Part shown: piece by piece, positions 35,274 to 44,486 of the stretch
How positions within the stretch are numbered: position 1 is the first letter of the stretch
How the letters are laid out: each line of letters starts with the position of its first letter
Source of the DNA: Selenomonadaceae bacterium
Lineage (GTDB): Bacteria > Bacillota > Negativicutes > Selenomonadales > Selenomonadaceae
DNA: 64,000 nt
Direction: 5' to 3'
NCBI GenBank assembly: GCA_017554235.1
Contig: JAFZIV010000061.1
Span: forward strand, 15,984-79,983
The notes under the pieces: generated by a model
Databases searched by the model: none
Told to the model about the DNA's origin: nothing
Seen by the model: the letters and a program-made list of their open reading frames with translations, nothing else
Position numbers and translations under genes: made by a program

Positions 35274-36650
35274 ATGAGCGTCGACAAAGATTTATTTCTG
35301 TACGATTTAGCGATTGTGTCAATCATGAAAAATGCCGCGCCTTATGTTGAAGAGTGGTTGGATTATCATTTGCTGGCAGGTGTAGATCATTTTTTCATTT
35401 ACGACAATGAAAGTGAAGATAACTTCAAAGAAATTCTTCAACCGTACATTGACGCTGGACTTGTCACATATATTTTTTATCCCGGTCAACGTGTAATGAT
35501 GGCTGCTTTTAATGAAGCTATTGACAAGTATAAATACCTCTGTCGTTACATTGCTTTTGTTGATGACGACGAATTTATTTTGCCTAAAAATAATCGCAGT
35601 ATTTCTAAAGTTGTTGATGAAATTTTGTTTAATGATATGAAAGCGGGCGGCTTGGAAATTTCTTGGGTCTTTTACGGTTCAAGCGGGCAGGAAAAAGCTG
35701 ATTATAGTCATGGAGTGTTGGAAAGATTTAAGCGTCGAGCCACTAAAGAATCGAGATCCGCCAAATCAATTCTTAATCCACGAAGAGTAAAATATATGTG
35801 GACTACGCATTTTGCTGTTTATCAACAAGGTTATGGCGGATTAAATCAAAATAAATTGGAACAATTTTCGGATATTCCTTTTCGACTTACTGACAAAATT
35901 GTTATAAATCACTATCATACAAAATCTTGGGAAGAATATTGTTTAAAGCGTAAACGCGGCGATGGTGTTGTAAAGACTGGAGATAAATACATTGACAAAA
36001 CATTTAAAGCCCATGATTTAAACGATATTTTTGACGAAGAAATTTTGCGATACCGAAAAGCTAGAAGTGATGAAATAATTTTGGAAGGAAAAAGTGTTCT
36101 GGAAACTTTTGCAGAGATTAATCGAATAGATTACAACAAAATTTTTAAGACACTGATTTCAAATTTGTTTGTCCCCTTTGAAAGATATAATCCTAAAGAT
36201 TTTTTTGACGAAAAGAAAAATCGCTATTTATACTCAAGTGTGGTATCACAATTTATTCAAGACATACCTCCCATGATTTTTAAAGATAAGCTTGAAAAAT
36301 ATTTAACGTGTTTGTCTATAAGCACGTATCTTAAGAAAAATTTTTTGGGCGATGAAATTGGTGAACTCTTTGAAGAATATTCTTTGTTATTGATTGAAAA
36401 AGTTTTGCTTAACGAAACTTCAATAGCAGATTTTCAACTTTTGATGCAGGAAATGCCGAGAATTTTAGCTTTACCTTATCCCGTCGTTTACAAAATTCGT
36501 CGACGTTGCATGGAAATGATTGCCTGTTACAAAGAAAGTCTTCAAGATTCCATTGATACTACAGATAAATTGCCGCTCTGGGAAGAAATTCTTCGTTGGG
36601 ATTATCATTTAAAAATGCTGAAAGTTTTTGATAATTACAATCACAAATAA
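35274..36650 (+). CDS. GT-A fold glycosyltransferase (Glyco_tranf_2_4/GT92-like) with unknown C-terminal helical domain, paralog 3
   Basis: Same architecture as paralog 1. DxD is DDDEF. Shared C-terminal motifs are YLTCLSISTYL and EMPRILALPY. Confidence 0.65.
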   Translation: MSVDKDLFLYDLAIVSIMKNAAPYVEEWLDYHLLAGVDHFFIYDNESEDNFKEILQPYIDAGLVTYIFYPGQRVMMAAFNEAIDKYKYLCRYIAFVDDDEFILPKNNRSISKVVDEILFNDMKAGGLEISWVFYGSSGQEKADYSHGVLERFKRRATKESRSAKSILNPRRVKYMWTTHFAVYQQGYGGLNQNKLEQFSDIPFRLTDKIVINHYHTKSWEEYCLKRKRGDGVVKTGDKYIDKTFKAHDLNDIFDEEILRYRKARSDEIILEGKSVLETFAEINRIDYNKIFKTLISNLFVPFERYNPKDFFDEKKNRYLYSSVVSQFIQDIPPMIFKDKLEKYLTCLSISTYLKKNFLGDEIGELFEEYSLLLIEKVLLNETSIADFQLLMQEMPRILALPYPVVYKIRRRCMEMIACYKESLQDSIDTTDKLPLWEEILRWDYHLKMLKVFDNYNHK

Positions 36651-36669
36651 TTGAAAGGAGAGTGGATTT

Positions 36670-39600
36670 ATGGACAACAGCAATGTTGAACACAATTCAC
36701 AAAATATTTATTATCGCTCGACGGTTGGCGCGGCGGAAGCCGGAAGTACCGTAAGGCTTGGACTTCGTATTAAGTCGCCTGAAACTATCAAGCAGGTTTT
36801 ACTGCACACTTGGGCTGACGGTACGGAAAATTGGGCGAATCTTACGACGCAGGATAAAGCAGACGCGCCTGAAAAATTTTATTCGCTGGAAGTCAAAATG
36901 CCTGAAAAAGGCGGCTTGGTCTGGTATTACTTCATAATCGTAGCTGACAGAACGTATTATTACGGCAACAATCCCGAACAACTCGGCGGCATTGGTCAAC
37001 TTTATTATGACTACGCGCCGCCTGCCTTCCAAATAACCGTTTATCGCAGGGGCGCGAAAACTCCTGATTGGTTCAAACATACGGTTATGTATCAGATTTT
37101 CCCTGACAGATTCTTCCGTGAAGGCAATGAGATTGTCGAAAAGCGCAAGGCAGTTTATCACGGCAGTTGGAAAGATAATCCTTTCTATAATCGCGATCCA
37201 ATTACGCGCGACGTTGTAGCTTATGATTATTACGGCGGCAATCTGCGCGGCATTGAAAGCAAGCTTGACTACCTCAAAGAAATGGGAATTTCCGTAATTT
37301 ATCTGAATCCAATATTTGAGTCGGAAAGTAATCACCACTACGACACAGGCGATTATCACAAAATTGATAAGACGCTTGGCACGGAGGAAGATTTTAAACA
37401 CCTCGTCGAAACTGCGCGGTCAAAAGGTATCGCGATAATTCTTGACGGTGTTTTCAGTCATACGGGTAGCGATTCAATTTATTTCAATCGTTATGGCAAT
37501 TATGATTCTTTAGGCGCGTATCAGTCTAAGGAGTCGCCTTATTACGATTGGTATATTTTCCGCAACTTCCCCAACGATTATGAAAGTTGGTGGAACTTTG
37601 CAAACTTGCCGAATGTCAAAGAGGATACGCCGTCATACATTGATTTTATAATCCGCAACAGTGATAGCGTTATGCACCATTGGATGCGCGACGGAATTGC
37701 CGGTTGGCGTCTTGACGTTATTGATGAACTCCCACCGGAATTTGCACAAGCGTTTTATTCAGAGCTTAAGAAAATTAATCCCGATGCCGTTATGATTGGT
37801 GAAGTGTGGGAGGACGCGTCAAATAAAATTGCTTACGGTGTCCAGCGTCAATATTTCTGCGGTTATGAAATGGATTCGTCAATGAATTATCCTTTCCGCG
37901 AGCACATGTTCAATTTTATTTTGGGTAATATTGACGGGCGGACTTGTATGCGTCGAATGGAAAGTTTGCGGGAAAATTATCCTAAAGAAAATTTCTACGC
38001 GACGATGAATTTAATTGCAAGCCATGACATTTTGCGCCCCGTAACTGTATTTGGTGAAGCACCGTATCATGAACAGATGACGGAGAGCGAACAAGTTAAT
38101 TTTAAGCTTGACGCAGAAGCGGAAAAACTCGGCAAAGCACGCTTGAAAATGGCGGCTTTATGGCAAATGACTTATCCCGGCGTTCCCTGCGTTTATTACG
38201 GCGATGAGATAGGTTTACAAGGCTTTAAAGACCCGTCTAACCGTCGTCCGTATGATTGGGAAGACGGCGATAATGAACTGCGCGAGACTTACAAGAAATA
38301 TATCAAGGTGCGTAATGAAAATATTGTTTTGCGGACTGGCGAATTTTTACCCTTGCCGTCGTATGATGATATTGTTGCTTATGCCCGCGTAATTCGTAAC
38401 GGACGCGACATTTTCGACCAAGAAGCTGCCAATGACGCTTATCTTGTGGCGTTCAATCGTTCGCGTCATGAGTCGCGCTTTGTATCTTTCGACGTAAGCG
38501 ATTTTGCTAACGGAATTTTTGTTGACGCTTTCGACAATACCAGAAAATTCCCCGTCAAGCGTAAACGTGTTGAATTTGAACTTAAGCCGCTTGAAGGTGT
38601 TTTGTTGCACCACGTACCGCAACAAAAAAATTACGATCGCCGCGCAGGAATTTTACTGCACCCGACGAGCTTACCTTCAAAATATGGCATAGGTGATTTG
38701 GGAAAAGAGGCTTTTGAATTTGTTGACTTCTTGAAATCTGCGGGACAAACTATTTGGCAAATTTTGCCGCTTAATCCTGTAGGCTATGGATTTTCGCCGT
38801 ATCAATCGCCGTCTGCATTTGCTTGCAATCCAATGTTAATTTCTATCGACAAGCTTATTGAAGATGGTTTGTTAAAGGAAACAGATTTTGAATTGCCGAA
38901 GAGATTTAAGACAACCAGCGTAGAATTTGAGCGTGTAATAAAGTTGAAGAAACCTGCGCTTAAAAAAGCCTTCCATAACTTTAAAGCACGTCTTGAAAAT
39001 GATGAAGGCTTGAAGGCTGATTTTGAAAAATTCCGCGCAGATAATTCTTTCTGGCTTGAAGACTACGCGCTGTTTATGTCACTTAAGAAAAAGTATAACG
39101 ATAAAGAATGGTCTGCTTGGGATGAGCCTATTAAAAATCGTGATGAAGCGGCACTGAAAGAAGTTGCCGAGACTTTGACGGAAGATATTTTGTATACAGA
39201 ATTTGAGCAATATATTTTCAATGTTCAGTGGCAAAAACTTCACGACTATGCACGGGAGCGCGGCGTACAAATTTTTGGAGATATGCCGATTTTCGTTGCT
39301 GGCGACAGTGCGGACGTTTGGGCGAATCAAAAATTGTTCCAGCTTGACGAGGACGGCAGAGCTAAAAAAGTTGCGGGTGTACCGCCTGATTATTTCAGTC
39401 CTACGGGTCAACTTTGGGGTAATCCTCAATACGATTGGGACGCAATGGAAGATGAAAATTATCATTGGTGGATGTTGCGTTTCAAGCAAATTTACAAGAT
39501 GATTGACATTGTGCGCATAGATCATTTCAGAGGATTTGAAGCATACTGGTCGGTTGACGGCGACGCGGAAAATGCTATGAACGGCGAATGGGTTAAAGGA

Positions 39601-40128
39601 CCGGGTAAACCTTTCTTCGACGCAGTTAAAAAGGAACTCGGCGATATGCAAATTGTTGCGGAAGATTTAGGCTTTATCACAAATGAAGTTGAAGAACTTC
39701 GTCAAGAATGCGGTTTTCCCGGCATGAAGATTTTGCAATTTGAGTTAGCCTTCAATGAAGACGGTCGAATTGGTTTCTTAGCTCCCGAAAACAGCATTAC
39801 CTACACGGGAACTCACGATAACAACACAGTTGTCGGCTGGTTTATGGAAGACGTTGACAATTTGAGTAAAGCGACTATAGCGGCGTTGTTGGGCGCAGAT
39901 CCGCGCAGACCTGATGACGTTTGCCAAAAGCTGATTGAGTTTGCATACGCATCTGATTCGCGCTTTACGATTCTTCCCATGCAAGACGTTTTGAAGCTTG
40001 ACAGTAAAAGCCGTATGAATACGCCCGGAACTGTCGGAACGAATTGGGGCTGGCGTCTTAAACCCGATTACCTGTTGGAAGCAGAGGCGGGCAAGTTAAA
40101 GGCTCTTTGCCAAAAATATTTGAGATAA
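36670..40128 (+). CDS. bifunctional GH13 alpha-glucosidase/neopullulanase-like enzyme fused to GH77 4-alpha-glucanotransferase (MalQ)
   Basis: The N-terminal half carries GH13 regions I-IV (DGVFSHTG, GWRLDVIDELP, MIGEVWED, LIASHDILR). From about aa 650 there is a complete MalQ domain (RRAGILLHPTSLPSKYGIGDLG, FSPYQSPSAFACNP, VRIDHFRGF, YTGTHDNNT). Confidence 0.85.
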   Translation: MDNSNVEHNSQNIYYRSTVGAAEAGSTVRLGLRIKSPETIKQVLLHTWADGTENWANLTTQDKADAPEKFYSLEVKMPEKGGLVWYYFIIVADRTYYYGNNPEQLGGIGQLYYDYAPPAFQITVYRRGAKTPDWFKHTVMYQIFPDRFFREGNEIVEKRKAVYHGSWKDNPFYNRDPITRDVVAYDYYGGNLRGIESKLDYLKEMGISVIYLNPIFESESNHHYDTGDYHKIDKTLGTEEDFKHLVETARSKGIAIILDGVFSHTGSDSIYFNRYGNYDSLGAYQSKESPYYDWYIFRNFPNDYESWWNFANLPNVKEDTPSYIDFIIRNSDSVMHHWMRDGIAGWRLDVIDELPPEFAQAFYSELKKINPDAVMIGEVWEDASNKIAYGVQRQYFCGYEMDSSMNYPFREHMFNFILGNIDGRTCMRRMESLRENYPKENFYATMNLIASHDILRPVTVFGEAPYHEQMTESEQVNFKLDAEAEKLGKARLKMAALWQMTYPGVPCVYYGDEIGLQGFKDPSNRRPYDWEDGDNELRETYKKYIKVRNENIVLRTGEFLPLPSYDDIVAYARVIRNGRDIFDQEAANDAYLVAFNRSRHESRFVSFDVSDFANGIFVDAFDNTRKFPVKRKRVEFELKPLEGVLLHHVPQQKNYDRRAGILLHPTSLPSKYGIGDLGKEAFEFVDFLKSAGQTIWQILPLNPVGYGFSPYQSPSAFACNPMLISIDKLIEDGLLKETDFELPKRFKTTSVEFERVIKLKKPALKKAFHNFKARLENDEGLKADFEKFRADNSFWLEDYALFMSLKKKYNDKEWSAWDEPIKNRDEAALKEVAETLTEDILYTEFEQYIFNVQWQKLHDYARERGVQIFGDMPIFVAGDSADVWANQKLFQLDEDGRAKKVAGVPPDYFSPTGQLWGNPQYDWDAMEDENYHWWMLRFKQIYKMIDIVRIDHFRGFEAYWSVDGDAENAMNGEWVKGPGKPFFDAVKKELGDMQIVAEDLGFITNEVEELRQECGFPGMKILQFELAFNEDGRIGFLAPENSITYTGTHDNNTVVGWFMEDVDNLSKATIAALLGADPRRPDDVCQKLIEFAYASDSRFTILPMQDVLKLDSKSRMNTPGTVGTNWGWRLKPDYLLEAEAGKLKALCQKYLR

Positions 40129-40151
40129 ATTTTTAGGGTCGGAGTAGGGAA

Positions 40152-40184
40152 TAAATTTTTGTTCCCTACTCTTTGAACCACAGA
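40152..40184 (+). terminator. hairpin after the GH13-GH77 gene (family C-like stem)
   Basis: gagtagggaa - taaatttttg - ttccctactc is a perfect 10-bp stem followed by ttt. The short U-tract makes terminator function uncertain. Confidence 0.45.
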
Positions 40185-40198
40185 AGAAATTTTTTAAT

Positions 40199-40534
40199 AT
40201 GAGCAATTATAATATCAGTTTTACAAATGATGAGTGGCAATTTTTTAAATGGCACTTGAAAGATGACTTGATGCACCGTAAAGATATAGATATAGACATT
40301 TTGATTGAGTGTGCGGTTAGTTCGGCACGATATTTTGTGGATATTGAAGGGCGTATCGCCAAAATGAATGCGCATGAAGGCGTTATATTTGTTGGAACGG
40401 AATTTGATCATTTTAATGAATTGGCTCAAAATGCCACGAAGCCTATTGATACTGAAAAACTTATTCGTGAAGCGCATCGATTGGCTGTGCTTGATGTTGA
40501 AAATGACCGGCATGAAGCTTGGGATTTGGAGTGA
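40199..40534 (+). CDS. hypothetical protein, paralog of the downstream antitoxin-like gene
   Basis: 111 aa. It shares the motif (S/N)ARYF.(D/E)I(E/D).RIA(K/E)M(N/D) and preceding segments with the 40541-40777 product. Confidence 0.4.
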   Translation: MSNYNISFTNDEWQFFKWHLKDDLMHRKDIDIDILIECAVSSARYFVDIEGRIAKMNAHEGVIFVGTEFDHFNELAQNATKPIDTEKLIREAHRLAVLDVENDRHEAWDLE

Positions 40535-40540
40535 TAAATT

Positions 40541-40777
40541 ATGATTGACGCAGTTAAAATTTCTGTCATTGAAAATGATGTGGAAACACATACATTTACT
40601 TTTAATCAACTTGAATTAAAGAATTTTGCACACGCAATTAGCGATATGGCTGACGAGGGTAAGGAAATCGACTTGGAGAAGGCGGCACACAACGCACGTT
40701 ATTTTTCGGAAATTGACAAACGTATTGCTGAAATGGACAAAGCTTTTTCTGCGATTAGTGGGGAAAAAAATGTATAA
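40541..40777 (+). CDS. putative antitoxin partner of YoeB (non-canonical sequence)
   Basis: 78-aa acidic protein. Its stop overlaps the yoeB ATG by 8 nt, the classical TA arrangement. I do not recognise a YefM/Phd N-terminus. Confidence 0.5.
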   Translation: MIDAVKISVIENDVETHTFTFNQLELKNFAHAISDMADEGKEIDLEKAAHNARYFSEIDKRIAEMDKAFSAISGEKNV

Positions 40778-41036
40778 GCTTTGGAACGAAATTGCATGGG
40801 CTGATTACGTTGATTGGCAACATCAAGATGATAACATTGTTGAACGTATAAACTTACTTCTCAAGGATATTGATCGTAATGGCGTTTCAAAAGGAATTGG
40901 AAAACCTGAAAAGTTAAAGCATCGTAAAGGTTGGTCGCGTCGAATTGACGAAAAACACCGCCTTATTTACGATACTTACGAGGGCAAAGAACAAAAATTT
41001 TTGTACATCATTTCCTGCAAAGGGCATTACGAATAG
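40770..41036 (+). CDS. yoeB: Txe/YoeB family addiction-module toxin
   Basis: 88 aa, reading MYKLWNEIAWADYVDWQ..D....RINLLLKDI.RNG..GIGKPE.LKH...GWSRRID..HRLIY......L.IISCKGHY. This is the canonical YoeB pattern, including the C-terminal H-Y. The internal ATG at 40770 of the longer track ORF is used as the start. Confidence 0.9.
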   Translation: MYKLWNEIAWADYVDWQHQDDNIVERINLLLKDIDRNGVSKGIGKPEKLKHRKGWSRRIDEKHRLIYDTYEGKEQKFLYIISCKGHYE

Positions 41037-41079
41037 CAACTTCAACGAGTACCAACAGATAAAAAATTTTTAAAGGAGG

Positions 41080-42708
41080 TTGAAGTTAATTTTTAAGTCT
41101 AAAAATTTTTTTAGTTATGCATTTATTTTAATTATACTTATCGGAATTATTTTTACAGTGCCGTCAACCTGCGCGGCGAAACCGAAAGATAAGGGCGAGC
41201 CTGAAAAAATTTTGTACATACCGCACGATAACCGCCCTGTTGTCAATCAGCAGACAGTTGAAGTGGTCGAACGCGCAGGTTACAAAGTGGTTATGCCGCC
41301 TCAAGAACTTCTTGGCAATCGCGATGATTTGGGACATCCCGATAAACTTTGGGATTGGCTTGAACGCAACACAGATAAAGATATTAAAGCCGCCGTCATT
41401 TCGTCAGATTCTATGTTATATGGAAGTTTGGTTGGTTCGCGTAAGCATTATTACGGCAAGCAATTAGTTTTGGAACGCGCAGAATTGTTTAAGGAATTTC
41501 GCAATAAACATAAAGACTTGCCTATTTATGTTTTTGGTTCAGTAATGCGCACTCCGCGAACTGGTGAGGCGTCAGGTTATGAAGAGCCGGATTATTATCG
41601 TAATTACGGCACAAATATTTTCCGTTACACTTCACTTGTTGATAAGCGTGAACTTGTAGGCTTGGATGCGCGTGAAGAAAAAGAAATAGCTTTTCTCAAA
41701 AAATTAATTCCGGAAAAAGCTATGGAAGATTGGATGAGTCGTCGCGGCAAAAATTTTGAAGCCAATGAAAAATTAATTGATATGGCACGCATAAATATTT
41801 TTGACTGCCTGCTGTTGGGGCGTGACGATAATGCGCCTTTTTCGCAAACGCATATGGAAGGCAGGAAGTTGCAACAGTACGGTCGCAATATTAATGAACG
41901 CCGTTATCAGACAATCGCAGGCATTGATGAAGTCGGTTTAATGGAACTTGCTCGGGCGATTAACGATTTGACAAAAAATTCTCCGACGGTTTATGTCAGC
42001 TACAATATAGGAGAAGGTTCTAAAATTATTCCCGCGTATTCAGATGAAAATATTGATAAGACGATTAATTCCGAGATTGTAGCAACGGGAGCGCGTAGGG
42101 TTAATGATCCTTCCCGCGCAGATTTTATTTTCGCAGTAAATACGAATCCCAACGGCATAACTTACGAAGCGGCGGGTGCGCTTAATGACAGCAGTGAACG
42201 CGACGGCACAAGTTATTTTGTAGATATGGTTAATGGTTACATTAACGGCGGGCGTCCCGTTGTAGTGGCGGACATTGCCTTTGCTAACGGCTCTGATAAC
42301 GCGCTTATGTTAAATCTTAGGGATAAAGATTTACTTTTCAAACTTCATGCTTACGCCGCTTGGAACACGCCGACAAATGCGTTGGGTTTTGCGTTAAGCA
42401 CAGGAATTTTGGCAAAAAATATGAAGTTGTCAGATAAACGCCAACTTCTTTTGACGCGATACATTGACGATTGGGGTTATCAAGCTAACGTGCGCGGAGT
42501 TGTCAACACTCAATTACGTAAAATGCACGGCGGATATTTTAACGCACTCAACGAAAACAGATATTACGCTTCTCAACAGTGTAGCGCGTTAATGCAGGAT
42601 TTTGCCAATAGAAATTTGAGAACAGTAAATTTTGACGGAGGATTTAAAGTAGAGTTCCCTTGGAACAGAATGTTTGAATCAGATATAACTTTCAAGATTA
42701 AGTCGTAA
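41080..42708 (+). CDS. DUF4127 family protein
   Basis: N-terminal signal/anchor, then ILYIPHDNRPV ... VISSDSMLYGSLVGSRKH, which matches the DUF4127 signature as I recall it. The start is uncertain because the TTG at 41080 directly abuts the GGAGG. Confidence 0.55.
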   Translation: MKLIFKSKNFFSYAFILIILIGIIFTVPSTCAAKPKDKGEPEKILYIPHDNRPVVNQQTVEVVERAGYKVVMPPQELLGNRDDLGHPDKLWDWLERNTDKDIKAAVISSDSMLYGSLVGSRKHYYGKQLVLERAELFKEFRNKHKDLPIYVFGSVMRTPRTGEASGYEEPDYYRNYGTNIFRYTSLVDKRELVGLDAREEKEIAFLKKLIPEKAMEDWMSRRGKNFEANEKLIDMARINIFDCLLLGRDDNAPFSQTHMEGRKLQQYGRNINERRYQTIAGIDEVGLMELARAINDLTKNSPTVYVSYNIGEGSKIIPAYSDENIDKTINSEIVATGARRVNDPSRADFIFAVNTNPNGITYEAAGALNDSSERDGTSYFVDMVNGYINGGRPVVVADIAFANGSDNALMLNLRDKDLLFKLHAYAAWNTPTNALGFALSTGILAKNMKLSDKRQLLLTRYIDDWGYQANVRGVVNTQLRKMHGGYFNALNENRYYASQQCSALMQDFANRNLRTVNFDGGFKVEFPWNRMFESDITFKIKS

Positions 42709-42740
42709 ACCTTTGCTGTTGGTATTCGACAAAATAAATA

Positions 42741-42786
42741 AAAGCGACATACTTTGACTTTTACTTATCAAGGTGTGTCGCTTTTT
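42741..42786. terminator. bidirectional terminator hairpin between convergent genes
   Basis: aaagcgaca ... tgtcgcttt forms a 9-bp stem, flanked by an A-run upstream and a T-run downstream. It lies between the DUF4127 gene (+) and ilvD (-). Confidence 0.55.
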
Positions 42787-42808
42787 AGTATACGAATAAT
42801 TTATTTTT

Positions 42809-44482
42809 TTACAAATGGACAACTGCACCGGTCGACGCGGAAGAAGTCATTTTAGCGTAACGTGCAAGGTAGCCGGTTTTAATTTTCGGTTCAGGCTTAA
42901 CCCAAGCTGCGCGGCGTTTAGCAAGTTCCTCTTCGCTGACTTCCAATTCCAATTTTCTATTCGGAATATCAATCGAAATAATATCGCCGTCCTCAATCAG
43001 AGCGATTGTGCCGCCCTCCATAGCTTCAGGTGAAATATGACCGATACACGCGCCTTGACTTGCGCCGCTGAATCTGCCGTCCGTTATCAAACCGACTTTT
43101 AATCCTGCGCCGGTTATCGCCGCCGTCGGGTTTAACATCTCCTGCATACCGGGTCCGCCCTTCGGTCCTTCATAACGAATTACTACAACGTCGCCGTTGT
43201 GAATTTCTCCCGCCATTATCGCGTTGATGGCAGTTTCTTCCGAATCAAAACATTTTGACTTGCCCTTGTAAACGAGCATATCTTCACTGACTGCAGACGC
43301 CTTTACAACTGCGCAGTCGGGACAAAGATTTCCCTGCAAAATTGCAATTCCGCCTGTAGGTCTGTAGGGATTCTCGACGCTGTGAATAACTTCGGGATTT
43401 TGAATTTCCGCGCCGCTAATTCTTTCTGCCATCGTCCCTTCAACCGTCAATGCGTCAAGGTGCAACAAATTTTTCTTTGAAAGTTCGTGCATAACCGCAG
43501 AAATGCCGCCCGCCTCGTCAAGGTCTTGCATATGATGAGTACCTGCAGGGCTTAACTTCGTAATGTACGGCGTCCGCGCAGAAATTTCATCAAAAAGTTT
43601 CGCGGGAATTTTTATACCGCATTCATTGGCAATCGCCGTTAAATGTAAAACTGTATTTGACGAGCCGCCGATACCCATATCAACGGTTATTGCATTTTCA
43701 AACGCCTTCAATGTCAAAATATCTCGCGGCAAAATATTTTTCTTAAGCAAGTCCATTACAACTTTACCTGCGCGTTTCGCCAAAATCAATCTTGCGCCGG
43801 TATATGCGGCAGGAATTGTACCGTTGCCCGCAAGTGCCATACCTAAAGCTTCGCTAAGACAATTCATTGTATTAGCCGTGAAAAGTCCCGCGCAGGAGCC
43901 GCAACCGGGACAAGCCTTTGACTCAAGCTCCGTCATTTCTTCTTGCGTCATTTGTCCCGCCGCAAATTTACCTGCCGCCTCAAAAGATTGACTGACACTG
44001 ATATTTTTTCCGTGAAATCTTCCCGCCAACATAGGACCGCCGCTGACAATTACCGAAGGAATATTTAAACGCGCCGCCGCCATAAGCATACCCGGTACAA
44101 CTTTGTCACAGTTCGGAATTAAAATCAGCGCGTCGAATCCGCTAGCCATTGTTACCGCTTCAATCGAATCAGCAATAAGCTCACGACTTGCCAGCGAATA
44201 TTTCATCCCTGTATGTCCCATTGCAATTCCGTCACATACGCCGATAGCCGGAAATTCAATAGGAGTACCGCCTGCCGCCGCAACTCCCAACTTTGCCGCA
44301 TCCGTAATTGTGCGCAAATGCGTATGTCCGGGAATAATTTCATTAAATGAATTGCAGACGCCAATCAACGGGCGTGAAAGTTCTTCAGGGCTGAATCCGT
44401 CCGCGTGAAATAAACTTCTGTGTGCGCAACGTGTCGCACCTTTTTTTACAATATCACTACGCAATTTTTTCTCTCCTAACAA
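42809..44482 (-). CDS. ilvD: dihydroxy-acid dehydratase
   Basis: 557 aa with the IlvD/Edd family motifs [17 protein letters not shown] and TDGRFSG. Confidence 0.95.
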   Translation of the reverse strand: MLGEKKLRSDIVKKGATRCAHRSLFHADGFSPEELSRPLIGVCNSFNEIIPGHTHLRTITDAAKLGVAAAGGTPIEFPAIGVCDGIAMGHTGMKYSLASRELIADSIEAVTMASGFDALILIPNCDKVVPGMLMAAARLNIPSVIVSGGPMLAGRFHGKNISVSQSFEAAGKFAAGQMTQEEMTELESKACPGCGSCAGLFTANTMNCLSEALGMALAGNGTIPAAYTGARLILAKRAGKVVMDLLKKNILPRDILTLKAFENAITVDMGIGGSSNTVLHLTAIANECGIKIPAKLFDEISARTPYITKLSPAGTHHMQDLDEAGGISAVMHELSKKNLLHLDALTVEGTMAERISGAEIQNPEVIHSVENPYRPTGGIAILQGNLCPDCAVVKASAVSEDMLVYKGKSKCFDSEETAINAIMAGEIHNGDVVVIRYEGPKGGPGMQEMLNPTAAITGAGLKVGLITDGRFSGASQGACIGHISPEAMEGGTIALIEDGDIISIDIPNRKLELEVSEEELAKRRAAWVKPEPKIKTGYLARYAKMTSSASTGAVVHL

Positions 44483-44486
44483 AATT

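Noticed and set aside
40626-40769. The long 136-aa version of the YoeB ORF starting at 40626.
   Set aside because: The upstream 48 codons overlap the antitoxin-like gene in another frame and are Arg/Thr/Leu-rich nonsense. The canonical YoeB sequence starts at the internal ATG at 40770.
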